Source: Paramecium tetraurelia (taxonomy: Eukaryota). Taken from it: DNA of 64,000 nt. The translations under genes and the position numbers were made by a program. Below are positions 27,542-40,947 of this stretch, one piece after another; positions within the stretch are counted from its first letter, which is position 1; every line of letters begins with the position of its first letter. Location of the stretch: contig CT868008.1 of assembly GCA_000165425.1 (NCBI GenBank), positions 248,001 to 312,000 on the forward strand, written 5' to 3'. The notes below the pieces were generated by a model. The model made no database searches, had not been told where the DNA came from, and was given only the letters and a program-made list of their open reading frames with translations.

Positions 27542-29604
27542 TCATTACTATTCTTATAATAATTCTTTAATCTTTTAATTAACCTATTTTTCTGCATAAT
27601 CCAAAGCACTATTGCCATCTAGATTAGGTAATTATAATACATTTGTCTTTTAGTGTTTTATCTGCATTCTCTGATAATAGATATTTGACAACTAGGAAAT
27701 GACTCCCTCTTATAGCCAAAATTAAAGGAGTAAATTTATTTCCATAGGTTTATTCATTTATTGGATGATTCAGTGTCACTAGTTTTCTAACTGTATCTAA
27801 GTCTCCATCTCTAGCAGCACTCCATAATGCTAAATTTAGAATTTATTTAAACTCTTGATGCAAACTTTACTTCAGAATCAGTAGTCATTTAATCAGCTGT
27901 TTAACCCTTGTTTGTTCTCATAGCGCAGTACTGATCTTCATCTGCATCATACCTGCTTAATAAATGAACCACATTTCTATTTTGATAAAATGATGCATAA
28001 TGCAAAGGAGTCCAATCTCTTTTATCAACTTGATAGATATTTGCTCCTGATTCAAATAACACCTAAACAACTTAATCATGGCATTTTTTTGCTGCTAAAT
28101 GAATAGATGTACAATTTTGATTATCCTGAAAATCAACAAAACTCTCTTAACAAGCCATTCCTGTCTCTATTAGCAATTAAACAGCCTTTGCTTAATTGTT
28201 TAGTGCTGCTACATGAATTGGATAGTATCCTTTATATATGAGATTTATTGATATGCTCCTCTTTCTATTAAAGTAGTTATTGCCCATAATTCCCAATAGA
28301 AAGCAGCATGATGCAATGATCCATCCATTTGTGTCTATTACATTAACATCAGCATCCATTTCTAAAACTTTTTTTAACATAGTTTTATTTGATGATTTAT
28401 AAGTCTGTTCTATTGCTTTATGCACAGGTGTTATCCCGTAAATGGTTGATTTTCCATTAACTCTTTACCCACAATTTACTAATAATGTAAAGGTCTTATC
28501 ATCTCCTTCATTCTACTGCATTATTAAGATCCATTAGATATTTTCCACAGAATCATTTGATGCATATTCCAAAGGAGTTCTTATTTTTTTGTTTGCATTT
28601 AATTTTTGGGTTTGCTCCCAATTACAACATAAATTGAATTGCTGCAAAGTCCCCTGCAAAAGAGGCCAAATGCATAGGTGTCTTAAATTATATTTAATTT
28701 TACATATCCATCACTATCTTATTAATTAACAATAACTTTTTATAGTTTCTTTATGTTGCTCATGAGATTAGTTTGTTTTTGTTAAAGAAGTTATGAATTT
28801 AAGAAATTGCAAATAGTTTCACGATATTGTTTGTATTATCTTGGATCAATCTTACAGTCTGTTGTTTACACCAACAATTACACTTACATAAAAATATCAT
28901 AAAATAAATCCCAACCTTAAGGTTCAAAATCAAATTATGCCAATTATTTAATACATTAAAAACATTTGGTGTATTTGGATAAGCTGCCATAATGTATAGC
29001 ATTTCTCTAAAATGATCTTTGTCATATTGACTAGTTTAAAATATTATAAATTTTAATCCAAAAATTATTAATATTACTCACTAACAATTGCTTGGAATTA
29101 TTAGAATCTTTATTGAACTTGCTTCAAATGTTTATCTGCGTTAATCAACTACCCTTTTTATGAGTCTGATTTCTTGATTTGATACTTTTTCATTGTTATT
29201 TTCAATTCCTCCCATTTAGCCATACTTTATTTATGTTTAAACATTTAAAAGAGTATTTGGAGGCATTCCAAATTACCTCTTTAGGCACAGACATGAAATA
29301 CATAAATCCTGATTTAGATGTTAGAAATGGATCCGCTCCCTTCATTAGCAAATACATCACAATATTTTTGAAGTTATAATATCTTTTTATTGTAATTGAA
29401 AAACCAAGCATAAAATAAAGGTGTCTTGCCTTCAAAATCTTTTGCATTTATGATTTCCTGAACATTATTGAATTGATGCATTAAATTATCCAAAAGAGTC
29501 AACTTTCCATCAATTACAAAAGCAAAGATATCTGTTTCTTTTTATTTATGATTAGCAATATTAAAAATCAATGATTGCGTCAGAAGGTTTTTGTCTTAAT
29601 CCAT
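27542..29604 (-). pseudogene. Ankyrin-repeat protein, multiply disrupted
   Basis: Ankyrin motifs GKTPLFYA, HVCAQRGNLECLQIL, TPMHLASFAG, WTPLHYASFY and FTPLILAIRGSH. A splice-formed TGA near 29405 and frameshifts near 29300, 29015 and 28320. Confidence 0.7.
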
Positions 29605-30362
29605 AGCTAATGCTCTCGATTATCTAATATAAATTTATATATGATGACTGTTATATATTAATATATAATAAATTACTTAGTAAATATTAACAAATTGAAT
29701 TCAATATTTGTTCTTGAATGCTCTATGTATTTAATTAGTTGCTAGCCTTTATCAATACTTAATTCACTTCAAATTTACAAGAGTGATTGATTGAATTGCC
29801 TACTATTAAATTTAATGTTCTAATTAAATATTAAGAATTAAAAAATTAGATATTTTATCACATCAATTATCATTTTCTTAGCAATAATTTATTGAATCAG
29901 AGTAATATCAATAAAAATAATAATTTACAAATAATAATTAGCAATATCAATTAAATTTAAGAGTATAAAAATATCCTTATTTATTTTGAGAATATGATAA
30001 ATTTACAAATGTAATATTATTTATAAAGTTATTCAAATTTTTATTGAAGTATTCGTAATTAGATTATTAAAACCAATCTAAATAATTATTATTTAAAAAA
30101 AATTTCAGACAATTTACATCTAAAAAAGCATCATTTTGAATTTTATATATCATTAAATTACAATGTTTTCTTAAAATATATTAGCTATGCTTTCCAGTTT
30201 TAGTATTTTTAATTATAAGTTTGAGTTTAAGATAAACTCTAAATTTACAATTAACATTCGTAACTCATTCCAAAAATATTTGAGTAATTAAGCAAATACA
30301 TTAGTTTTCGGCATCTGATAGTTGATTTTGAAAATTAAATATGAAATAATAATAATAATTTA

Positions 30363-31651
30363 ATGTCATATAGAGAACTTCGTAACTTCTGTGAATAAAT
30401 GAGGGCTTTGGGTTATCATAGGATAATTTCAATGGAAAACTTTAGAAGGCCTAATTTTGAGCTTGTAGCTGACATCCTTTTTTGGCTAGCTTAAAAGTAT
30501 GATCCAAACTCAGATATTTCTGATAATATTGACGAGGAAGTAAAAATAATATTAAAACTTAGCGACATAGGGTAGAATTTATTAAGCAAATAACAACACT
30601 ATTTGTTAGTAAGGCCAGGCTTAAGATAAACCCAAAGAGATTGTATATGGCTGATGTTTATGCAGTTTAAGAAATTTTGAAAATTTCAACATTCTTGTAT
30701 AAAGCATAAGTGTCTCCGCCTGCTGATGAAGAAGAGATTCATGATTTTGTAATTATATCTATGAGTATTGAAAGTCCCTCCCATCAAAATTAAGTAATAT
30801 TAAGAGTCATAAGTTATTGGCTCAAGAGATCACTGATCTGGCCACAAGACTTTATGATTAATTAGGGAAAGAGGATGAAGTCAAAGTAGCAAGGGTAAGA
30901 ATATTATGATAATCCATAGGAAAAAGCATTGCAATTTTTGTCCAATGTCTCTAGAGGTGGAAATTCACAATCTGAATAATCTTAAATACAGAAATGCATC
31001 CAAACCATATTGAAATAGCAAGACTCAAATATTCAGGAGATGTCTAAATATGTAGGTGGTTTAGAGAGGGATCAGAAATAATTGGAGGAAAAAATAAAGA
31101 GAAAAACAAAAGAGCTAGAATAAGCAGAGAAAAGATTAAAGGGCATGACGAGTGTTAAGCCTGCTTATTAGGAGGAATATGATAGATAAGAATATGAATT
31201 AGAGAAGTTATATCAGGTAATAGGATTTGTTAATTATTAGATTTATGTCGAGAAATTTAGAAATCTAGTTTATTTAGAGCACGTCTTAGATGCTCAAAAT
31301 AGGTAGGCTGAGTTAGAATAAAGAAGGAAGGATGATTAACTTAAAGGAGTGAGGGTATAGATTTAGAATGCGTAAGGCAAAGAATTAAGAGGGGATGATG
31401 ATGAAAATGATGAATAGTTAGATTAATTGGGAGGAGATTCTCGACTATAATCAAGCAATAAGGAAAAGCGTAATAATGATTTTATGAGAAACTAATAAGG
31501 TGGGTTTAATAGATAATAAATGGATGAGGATGGTGGAGAAGACGTAGATGATATTGATGATATAGAGGGAGGAGTTGATGATGATGAAGAAGAGGAAGAT
31601 GAAGATGATGGAATTGAAAATTTGGATGATGATAATGAAGCTGACTTTTGA
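30363..31651 (+). CDS. CLUAP1: Clusterin-associated protein 1 / IFT38 (IFT-B subunit)
   Basis: [79 protein letters not shown] and an acidic tail. Confidence 0.93.
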
Positions 31652-31689
31652 AATAAATTAATCCATTATCTGTATAAATATTATTAAAA

Positions 31690-32488
31690 ATGGGAGTATG
31701 TTCAAATAAGAGTAAAGGGTTGAAATACTAAGAAGATGTACATAATTATACCAAATAGATTAGTAATATTTGCATTTATTGGATATTCAAAATCCTGTCA
31801 ATGTGAATCAGAAATATGCCAATCATTTCACTCTAATTCAAAATTAATTTACTGGTAAAGGTATTAGACGCACCAATAAATACACAACCAATTTATCAAG
31901 GAATGAGTGGGAAATGATGCAGAATTAATTTTGGGGTAGAGTAATAAAGTCATATAAAGATAGTTATAAGGATTCAATATATTGGTCAAGCATTCGCAAG
32001 GCTCTGTCATAAGATGATGAAAGTATCTCATCTTTAAAATTTAGAATCCTCTATTGCCATATTGACATTGTGCAAATTAAAACTTATTGGAAACTCAATC
32101 CAATTATTAATTACAGATAGTATAAATATTATTAATAAAGAACAAGTGTTTTAAGTTCCAGTATTTATTATTAATGAACCAATATCATGGAACAAAGAAC
32201 CCTTAGTTCTGAATTTTGAAGTATCTTAGCTGCAAGTAATTGTTAGTAAGTCTATTTAGGTGAGGATACGTAGTAGTAAGCTCCCTAAAGATTTTTTAAT
32301 CTAAACAGAAAGTACATCAAAGGTTCTTGAAATCAAATAGAAGATTTTGGAAGCAGCCAAAGAAAAAACCTGCAGATTATATTTGAATGGCAGAGAGTTG
32401 GCAGATCAAAATTACTTGGGAAATTATAATATTACTTCAGGAACAGTACTAAAAATAAATAAGTTAGATAATACAGGCTTTTTTGTGA
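31690..32488 (+). CDS. Ubiquitin-domain-containing protein (UBTD/DC-UbP-like)
   Basis: MGVCS acylation-type N-terminus, NQFW, YWSSIRKAL, VPVFIINEP and a C-terminal UBL (RLYLNGRELADQNYLGNYNITSGT-IIQAFL). Multiple introns. Confidence 0.7.
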
Positions 32489-32524
32489 TTATATATTTAA
32501 AAATGGTTGGTATTATTTTATATT

Positions 32525-33235
32525 ATGCATAAACAAAAAGCCCAGATTCTGTTCAAATGTCATCACAAGCTCAAGAAACCTGAATATGAAGAGGCCACTT
32601 TTACTGTTGCTAAAATTATCGAAATCAATAAATCCACACCAATATTCGAATTAATTTTAGAGAATTGCAGGTTCACACTAGATCATGACTTTGGCATCTA
32701 AATATCATCGTATTTTATTCTTATTATTCTAGATTATAATCATTGATATACTTAGGTTTGAATAACTGTAATCTAGTGTCTTTACAATATATTCCAAAAA
32801 TTGAATCATTGAAGAGAATGACTTTGGATTACAATTTTATACACAATTCTGAACTAGTCCACTTAAAATATTACCAAGACAAACTCTTATCCTTATCTAT
32901 TATGTAAAACCAATTAGATTTCTCTGATTAATAATTATTGCGAGAATTCTATTTATTTGAGAAATTAATTCAATTATCAATTGCAGGGAATTTTAAAGAT
33001 GTAACTGAACAAGAGAGCATAATGATAAGAAATGAAATATTTAAAAATATGAAAAACCTTGTATTTTTAGATACAATTGCCAAAGGAGAATGTAAGGATT
33101 TTTTCTCATACTTTAGATCTTTCGACTTCTTTGCCGAATTAATTTAGTGATTAAAAATAGGAACAAGATTATTTATCAAGAATAGACGTTGTTGACTGGA
33201 AACCTGAAAAAGAATACTAGGATATTGATCAATGA
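32525..33235 (+). CDS. Leucine-rich-repeat protein (ANP32-like LRR)
   Basis: ELILENC, LIYLGLNNCNLVSLQYIPKIESLKRMTLDYNFI, LSIAGN and LRR cap RNEIFKNMKNLVFLD. Two introns. Confidence 0.7.
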
Positions 33236-33854
33236 ATAAATATAACCTAATATAGAAAATATAATAAAGCTATCAGATTATTATTTTATCAAACTATTAA
33301 GATTGTAAAATTTTAGAATATACATCAAGAGAAGTTATTAATTTTATAAGCTATGATCTATTATAAGATCAATTATATAATTGGATAATTTGTAAAAGAG
33401 ATTCACTCATTTAAGTATTCATCTGGATGTAGGGGTCATTGTCCTTTCTTCTTTTTTCTTACTTATAGTAACTTAATTCCTAACAGAAATAGGCTATATA
33501 ATCAAAATAATCAATTTGAAAAATTTCTATATTTCAAAGTAATGTTACTAGATTTTGATTTGTTTATAGCCCTACTATTATAGAATGTGTTAATAATTTT
33601 AGTATATTCTATGTGATTTCCACTACCATACTTTTAAACAGGTATTCACAAGAGTTTGCTAATGATAATTAAAAATGAATAAATATTATTATTAATTTAT
33701 TCGAGATTTTATTTAAATCTTTATTAATAACTAAGCTTTCTATAAAGGAATTAAATATTTAAATTTATATGTTGTTAAGTAATATTATTCAAGTTTATAT
33801 CTGCAAAAAACCAAACCATGATATTGATAAATAACTTTTAATAAAATTAAACTA

Positions 33855-35593
33855 ATGAACAAGCCAACGCTTCTTCTGCTACTTTGCTTATCATTAACCG
33901 CTGCCTTTCCAAAATCAAGGAGATTAAACGAACATGCTAAAAGAAAATTAGAAGAATCTACAGTTGATATTTCAGGTACTTGGAAGCCCATAAGAATTAA
34001 ATTTGAATATGTAACTGATGCTGATCTTCAAACAAAAGAGTTTTTGAATTAGATCTTCTCAATATGTGGCACCTTTTTGTCAAAACACCTTCTGATTAGA
34101 AGGAGTTCCGATAAAATATAATTAACTCAAGATGCCCCAGCCTAATTCAAGGAATTCTTTGAGATGAGTACTGATATGTTGTCTGTCTAACACGATGCCG
34201 ACTTGGTAACTAATTGTAATTGATTTTTAGGTCTTTTTTGTAAATACAATGAACGATAGTAATGACAGTACATTAGCATTTTGCGCTCCAGTTATTTTCG
34301 ACGACAAGACCAAAAGACCAATCTTTGGTGCTATCGGATGGAACATGGCCTATAGTCAAGTGAGTACCTTAACAAATGCTGGATTTGAAGCTCAATTAGC
34401 CACAGCAGTCCATGAAATCATTCATGGACTCGGATTTGTAGAGGATCTATTTAACTAATTTTATGATTCAGCTACAGGTGAAGTCTATCCAGATGGAGGC
34501 ATGATAGAAGAGGATGATGTCGTGAAGATAATTACTCCTAGAGTTTTAGCCTTTGCGAGGAAACATTTCGCATGTGACGATATATCAGGAGTACCAATGG
34601 AATAGGAAGGTGGTGATGGAACAGCTGGATCTCATTGGGAAAGAACATTATTCTACAATGAAATGATGACAGGAAATGACATGGTTAGTGATTTTGTACT
34701 GACAGACTTTACATTTCAATTATTATAAGATACAGGGTATTATAGATTAGCTGATTACAAACCTGATATATTAACATGGGGAGAAGGAGAAGGATGCAAC
34801 TTCTATGATTCAATGTGCGAATCAGATTTCTCTGAATTTTGTAGTGATGAAGGAAGTGTAGGATGTGCTATTACCCATAATGGAATTGGAGTTTGTTCTA
34901 GCGATGATTTATCTAACAGTTGTAAGTATTATTAGATCGATCCTAATCTCGATTGTAGAAATGCTAATTCAGCTGGATATTCTGACAATGCAGCTACCTT
35001 TTAAGATTTTGGCTATCATAGTATGTGTGTCATTGGTGGCTTTTCAGCCTCAAGTGGTACTCCTCAAAAGTTCAGTTGCTATAAATATAGTTGTGATGGC
35101 ACATTTACTATCACAGTCAACGGTAAATCTATAGATTGCTCTAATGGAGGAGAGAAAACTCTTGAGGGTTTGAGTGGTAGCATCACTTGCCCAGAGAATT
35201 ACAAATAGTTTTGTGAAAATGCAGATGAATGCCCAAATTAGTGCAACAAAAGAGGTTTTTGTATGAAAGGTCAATGCACTTGTTATGGAAACTATTATGG
35301 ATCAGGTTGTGAATAAGAAAACTGCACAAAAGTCAGAAAAGGAACTGAATGTGTTGACTCTTGTCCTACTGGGTATTATTTGAATGAGGTTGTCAATTAT
35401 TGTATTGGATGTCCAGGAGTAATTATTTTATTAATCAAATTAGTATTGCGCATCTTGTTCATCATACAATGCTTGTACACAATGTTAAGATGGATATGAG
35501 TTAAGAGAAGGGTTCTGTGATTTATTATCCAGCAGCAGTTATTCAAGCCATCTAGAAATTCTGATCCTTCTATCAATAGTACTATTCTCTTGA
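33855..35593 (+). CDS. Second leishmanolysin/GP63-like M8 metalloprotease
   Basis: Signal peptide, ATAVHEIIHGLGF, ITPRV, MEQEGGDGTAGSHWER, NEMMTG, LLQDTGYY, EGF/furin-like repeats and a hydrophobic tail. Confidence 0.92.
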
Positions 35594-35798
35594 TATTGAT
35601 GATGAGATTAAAATAAATGCAAAGATAACAATAAAATTAAATTGATATGTCGTTACGTTCTGAAATTCTTCAGATTTTATTCACTAAATAGTGGTAGTAC
35701 CCATATTGAAATGAAAATCCTATTTTCTTATTTTACTCAATTAATATAACCATTGATTCTTTAATAATTTTTTATTTAGAAATAAAATCAATTAATTA

Positions 35799-36949
35799 TC
35801 ACATAATGTTACAAGAGCAACACTAGCTTTTTATTTAAGGTTTACTCAATTCGATTTCTTTAAAGGTTTAGATTGAGTAGTATTAGGAATCAAGCATACT
35901 CAAATATGCGCTTTCTGTCATGAAGTTTTTTTATACACTATCAGTCATATTCCTATGAATGCTCTCTCCCATTCCTCTAAATGTGTTGATTATTGGCCTT
36001 TTTTAATTATGTAATAGAATTTACCATAAACATGTAAAATTGGGTAATGTTCCTTTATATTTAAGCATCAATTAATCTTCATTAATGTATTCTTGAAGAT
36101 AGCTCGGATCCTTACAAAATTGTATCTTTTTTGCCGTTTCTGGATGCATCAATTCTATAAATTAATATTCAAATATACTTTCAACTAATTTCCAGGCTGC
36201 TACTAAAACGAAAGGTGGATTGAGTAGATGCAATTATTCTAATGAAGCTGTGTAGTTTGATTATGTGACATCAATAATTTTCTTAATTATCTGAATAGTA
36301 TATACAAACTTTTACTTGGTGTGGTAATCTAAAAATACTGATATCATTTAAATCCACTATAATTCTCCATTTCTCCACATGGTAAGGCACTAACATAAAT
36401 TTTTTATATATGATTTAAAAGAACACATATAGCATTGAGAATTGGTGGCAATTGTTCCTATTATATCAATAAAATATTACAATATTTGTACTTATTTTTG
36501 AAACCTATATAAAAATTAATGGCCTAAACTGTTTGTCTCTTCCCAAACTAAAGACTATACCTTTTTTCTCAAAATTCAATAATTAATATTACTAAGATAT
36601 CTTCCCCTGCTTGTGTTAATACTTGATAATCTGAATCCTCCTTCCATTTCAAATACCTCATTAAAGTTTAAAAAGCCATCTCAATGTCAAAATTGCCAGA
36701 ATAACAGAACTTCAAGGTTGTTTATTTATCCCAAGGTAATGGTAGTTAAACATGTTTTTTTGCGATTAGATTCTCTAATTTTTTGATCAATTCTTCCTCA
36801 ACATCTTCAAATTCAACATTATAAAACACATTTCGTTTTAATTTTCCTTCCACATAATACCTAATATATTCATCTAATTAAATAACCATGATACCTGCAT
36901 GTTTTAATTGCATTGCCTATTTGGGAGGCTTAAGATAACTGAAATCCAT
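35799..36949 (-). CDS. CRAL-TRIO (Sec14-like) lipid-binding protein with C-terminal CaaX
   Basis: TTLKFCYSGNFDIE, GRDKQFRPLIF, VPYHVEKWRII, QSNYTASLEQLHLLNPPF, HPETAKKIQF. Ends CCSCNIM*. Confidence 0.85.
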
Positions 36950-37149
36950 TAAAATGTAATAAATATTTGTTAAAAATAAAATACAAAATACAAAAAACAA
37001 AAAACCAAATTCCAATTTTATTAAAATGGATAAACATAAAAACTTATCAATTCTAAAAGTATCAAAATAATTATGATATTATTGCAAAATTGAAGTTTTT
37101 GATTCTATAAAGAAAAATTTGAAATATATTAAAATATACTATTGAAATC

Positions 37150-37519
37150 AATTTTATGTATATAAAATATAATAAACTAGTTCCAAATCTTTTTATTAAA
37201 AGAGAATGTTAGTCATTGATAATTGTCTTCCATCCTTTCTAAATTATTTTAACTTGGAGTATTCTAATATATTTTAACATTTCTTCCACTATCTTCTATT
37301 TTTAATACGCTTGGCCTATTCTGATTACGTTTGATTTTTCTAAAAAGTTAATGATTTCTATTTATAGTACTTTTTTAACTAGAAACATAATGAACTTATA
37401 TAGTGTCTTTTATTAGGCGAATCTGCTTCCATAAGTTCTCCTACAGGGCACGAATTATTAGTTGGATAAAAATCATATAAATGTTAAGATTCAGCTATTA
37501 ATTGGAGGTCATTAATCAT
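37150..37519 (-). CDS. Small hypothetical protein, 3' end uncertain
   Basis: ATG at 37519 begins MINDLQLIAESQHLYDFYPTNNSCPVGELMEADSPNKR. The splicing of the 3' part is ambiguous. Confidence 0.35.
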
Positions 37520-38684
37520 ATTTAATATATTTTTAATATCAAAATAAAACTATACAGATTTCTTATAAAAACCTGTATAAAATATTTTGAAATTCAATCT
37601 GAACCATTGTATACTTTCCTTTACAAATCTATCAATTAGAAGTTCACAGATTAACCATTTCTTTATTTAAATTAACTACAATAAGTTATATTAATAATTA
37701 TAAATTTAATAGCGATTCTCTTAATAAAAAGGAACCTAACATTCAGTAAGCCAAATTACCCACCTATTTTTAATTCTTTCCTATAATCTTTTAGTATCAG
37801 TATCATATTTATAACTAAATTATTTTTTTTATTTATCATAAAATAAATCTAATGAAAAATTTAATAATATGCTATTAGAAATATTAATAAAATGTAAAAA
37901 ATTTAGTTACTTAATTTCATATGCGAACATTATTTTTCCGCTTTTTTTAATTCTTTTAATATAAATTGTAACTTGGACTTTATGTTATTAAGATAATGAT
38001 CCTCTAAATTAAAAGTTTGGATTAGAGGATTGTTTGTATGATTATTAAAAAATCTAAAGTTCACAAATATTATAATGTTAATGATTACGTTAGATTTCAG
38101 ATTATTTAAGAACTGTTATCAGAGTTAGACTATTGAATGATATTATAAATGTTGATTTGATGAATAAATTCAATAATATTAACAAGATTAAGAGACAATT
38201 TTATTAATGAAAGTTCAGATTCTTGTTATCCAAGTGGTACGACGCAATAATTCTCGCTTAAATAAAGAGAGCTTTCATTTGAATAGTTTTATAAATCATG
38301 TAATTTTTTATAATCTTGCAATGTAATTTTATTGTATACTTTTTTATTTTGAAAGTTTATAATTTTATAAATGATATTTCTAGGCTTAAATCAAAACCAT
38401 CTAATAGCATAAAAATTGTAATAATTATAAAATAGGATTTTGATTTAGTATTGTAGATTAATAATGTATAAAAAATTCAATAATATGATGCTGGCAATAT
38501 TATAATTGCAATATAAAAACTGCGATGTTATTATGATATTAAAATAGAAGATGAAATGAGAGATTAGATATGGTGCTAGATAAATTATTATAAAATTAAA
38601 TATTTATAATAGGTTATATGTATAAATGAAAATGTATATAACGGACCACGTGTTTAAGAAATTAAAAAATATCTTTATTATTTA

Positions 38685-40032
38685 ATGTCAGGACCTGTGT
38701 TTAAGGCAGCAGCCAAATGGACTGGAAGAAAGATCAATGTTAAAAATACAGTAGTTGAATTGGACGGAGATGAATAAGCAAGAATCATTTGGAAAATGAT
38801 CAGAGAGAGATTGGTTTTGCCATATTTGAATGTGAATTTGGAATATTACGATTTGAGTATGGAACATAGAGACAAGACTGATGATAAGGTATGATATTTT
38901 AATAGAAAATAAAGGTTACTTTCGATTCAGGATATGCTATCTTAAAACACAAGGTTGGTGTTAAATGTGCAACAATCACAGCAGATGAAGCAAGAGTTGA
39001 AGAATTCAAACTTAAAAAGATGTGGCCATCGCCAAATGGATCAATCAGAGCTATTTTGGATGGTACCGTATTCAGAGAACCCATTATTTGTAAAAATATC
39101 CCAAGATTGGTTCCAGGATGGACTTAACCCATTGTAATTGGAAGACATTCATATGGAGATTAATATAAATGTTAAGATGTCAAATTGCCAGGACCAGGAA
39201 AATTAGAATTAATATACACACCAACATAAGGAGAATAAGTTAAGCGAACAATCTTTGAATTCAAAGGAAAAGGTGGTGTTGGATTGGGAATGTACAATAC
39301 TTATGAATCTATTGTGAACTTTGCCCATCAATCATTTTAATATGCCTTGATGAGAAAATATCCATTGATGTTGGGAACAAAGAATACTATATTGAAATAA
39401 TACGATGGATATTTCAAAGATATTTTCTAAGAGATATTCGAAACTAAATACAAGAAAGTATATTATCTAATTTATACAATAGGATTTCGATGCCAATAAA
39501 TTATGGTATGAACACAGATTGATCGATGATTTGGTTGCTTAAATGATGAAATCATCAGGAGGATTTGTCTTGGCTTTGAAAAACTATGATGGTGATGTCC
39601 AATCAGACATCGTTGCTTAAGGATATGGATCTTTGGGTATGATGACATCAGAATTGGTTGCTAATGATGGAGTTTATGAATCTGAAGCTGCTCATGGAAC
39701 TATAACTAGACATTACAGAGAACATCAAAAGGGCAAGGAAACATCTACTAATTCAGTTGCCAGTATCTATGCTTGGACCAGAGGTACATCATATTCATAT
39801 CTCCTTAGGTCTCAGACACAGAGGAAGATTGGATAACAACTAAGAATTGATCAAATTCGCTGAAACTATTGAATCATCTATCATCCAAACTATTGAATCA
39901 GGATTATTTACCAAGGATTTGGCTTTGATTGTTCATGGTCCAAAGGCTGATAGATCAACTTATTTGAATACAGAACAATTTATTGATGCTGTCAATGGAA
40001 AATTGTAATCAAATCTTGGATTTTTGAAGTGA
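38685..40032 (+). CDS. IDH: NADP-dependent isocitrate dehydrogenase
   Basis: [105 protein letters not shown]. Confidence 0.96.
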
Positions 40033-40113
40033 GATATTATAATCATCAAATATATTAAAATAATAATTCTTCTGCTTAAACTTAAATATTTTTAATAGCA
40101 TTTTTAATATTTT

Positions 40114-40879
40114 ATGAGTGAACCCAATATTCATCAGGAAACTAATCAAAAACTAAATGAAATTTTTAATTCAATTAAATTAGAAAATGTAAAAACCTAA
40201 GAAGCCTTCAAAAAAATTTCTAATACTAACAATCTTGTTACTCAAGTGAAGCGATGCTAATCATTAACTTTACTCCTCCAGAATATTTAAAGTCTCAACC
40301 AAGCTCAAAAAGAATTCAAGGAAATTAAAATTAATAATCTATGCATTAAACTAAATAGTGATGTTGTCATATATACAAAAAAAAATGGCCATCGCATTGC
40401 TAAAGCAGTTTAAATAATAGGAGTTGCAAGATTCCAACAATATACACCCATAATTCAAGTCTAATGGTATTACGCTAAAAAGGATTTAAAATTAATTATA
40501 GGACAATATTGGGATGGCATCAGCTAAAGAGAATTATTCTTGTCTGATCAATATGATTATATACAACCGGACATAATTGTCGGTGAAGCCTAAGTTTTGG
40601 AGCTTGAACAATTCAAGCAGAAAAATTTATCAACAGGCTTCGTGTTTTTCTGTAGGTAATACTTTTATTATACTTCATAGATCATTTTATAAAAATTCGT
40701 AAATCATTCCACCTATCTAAAAATGGGAGAAGCATTGCAAATGCAGACAGCCAATGAATCCTGATAGGTTATCAGTAATTTGCGATATTTGTTAATTATG
40801 GTTTCACAAAGAATGCATACCATTAAATAATAATGTCTAAGGAATATATGTCTGTCCTTCATGTAAGAAAAAAAAATGA
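40114..40879 (+). CDS. BAH + PHD finger chromatin reader (EBS/SHL-like architecture)
   Basis: BAH: IQVQWYY...RELFLSDQYDYI...FFCR. PHD: CKCRQPMNPDRLSVICDICQLWFHKEC...YVCPSC. Confidence 0.85.
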
Positions 40880-40947
40880 TCTAATTAAAGTTAACTTCGG
40901 CTTATTATCAATTACATTATACAAATAAAAATATAAATATTATATAT

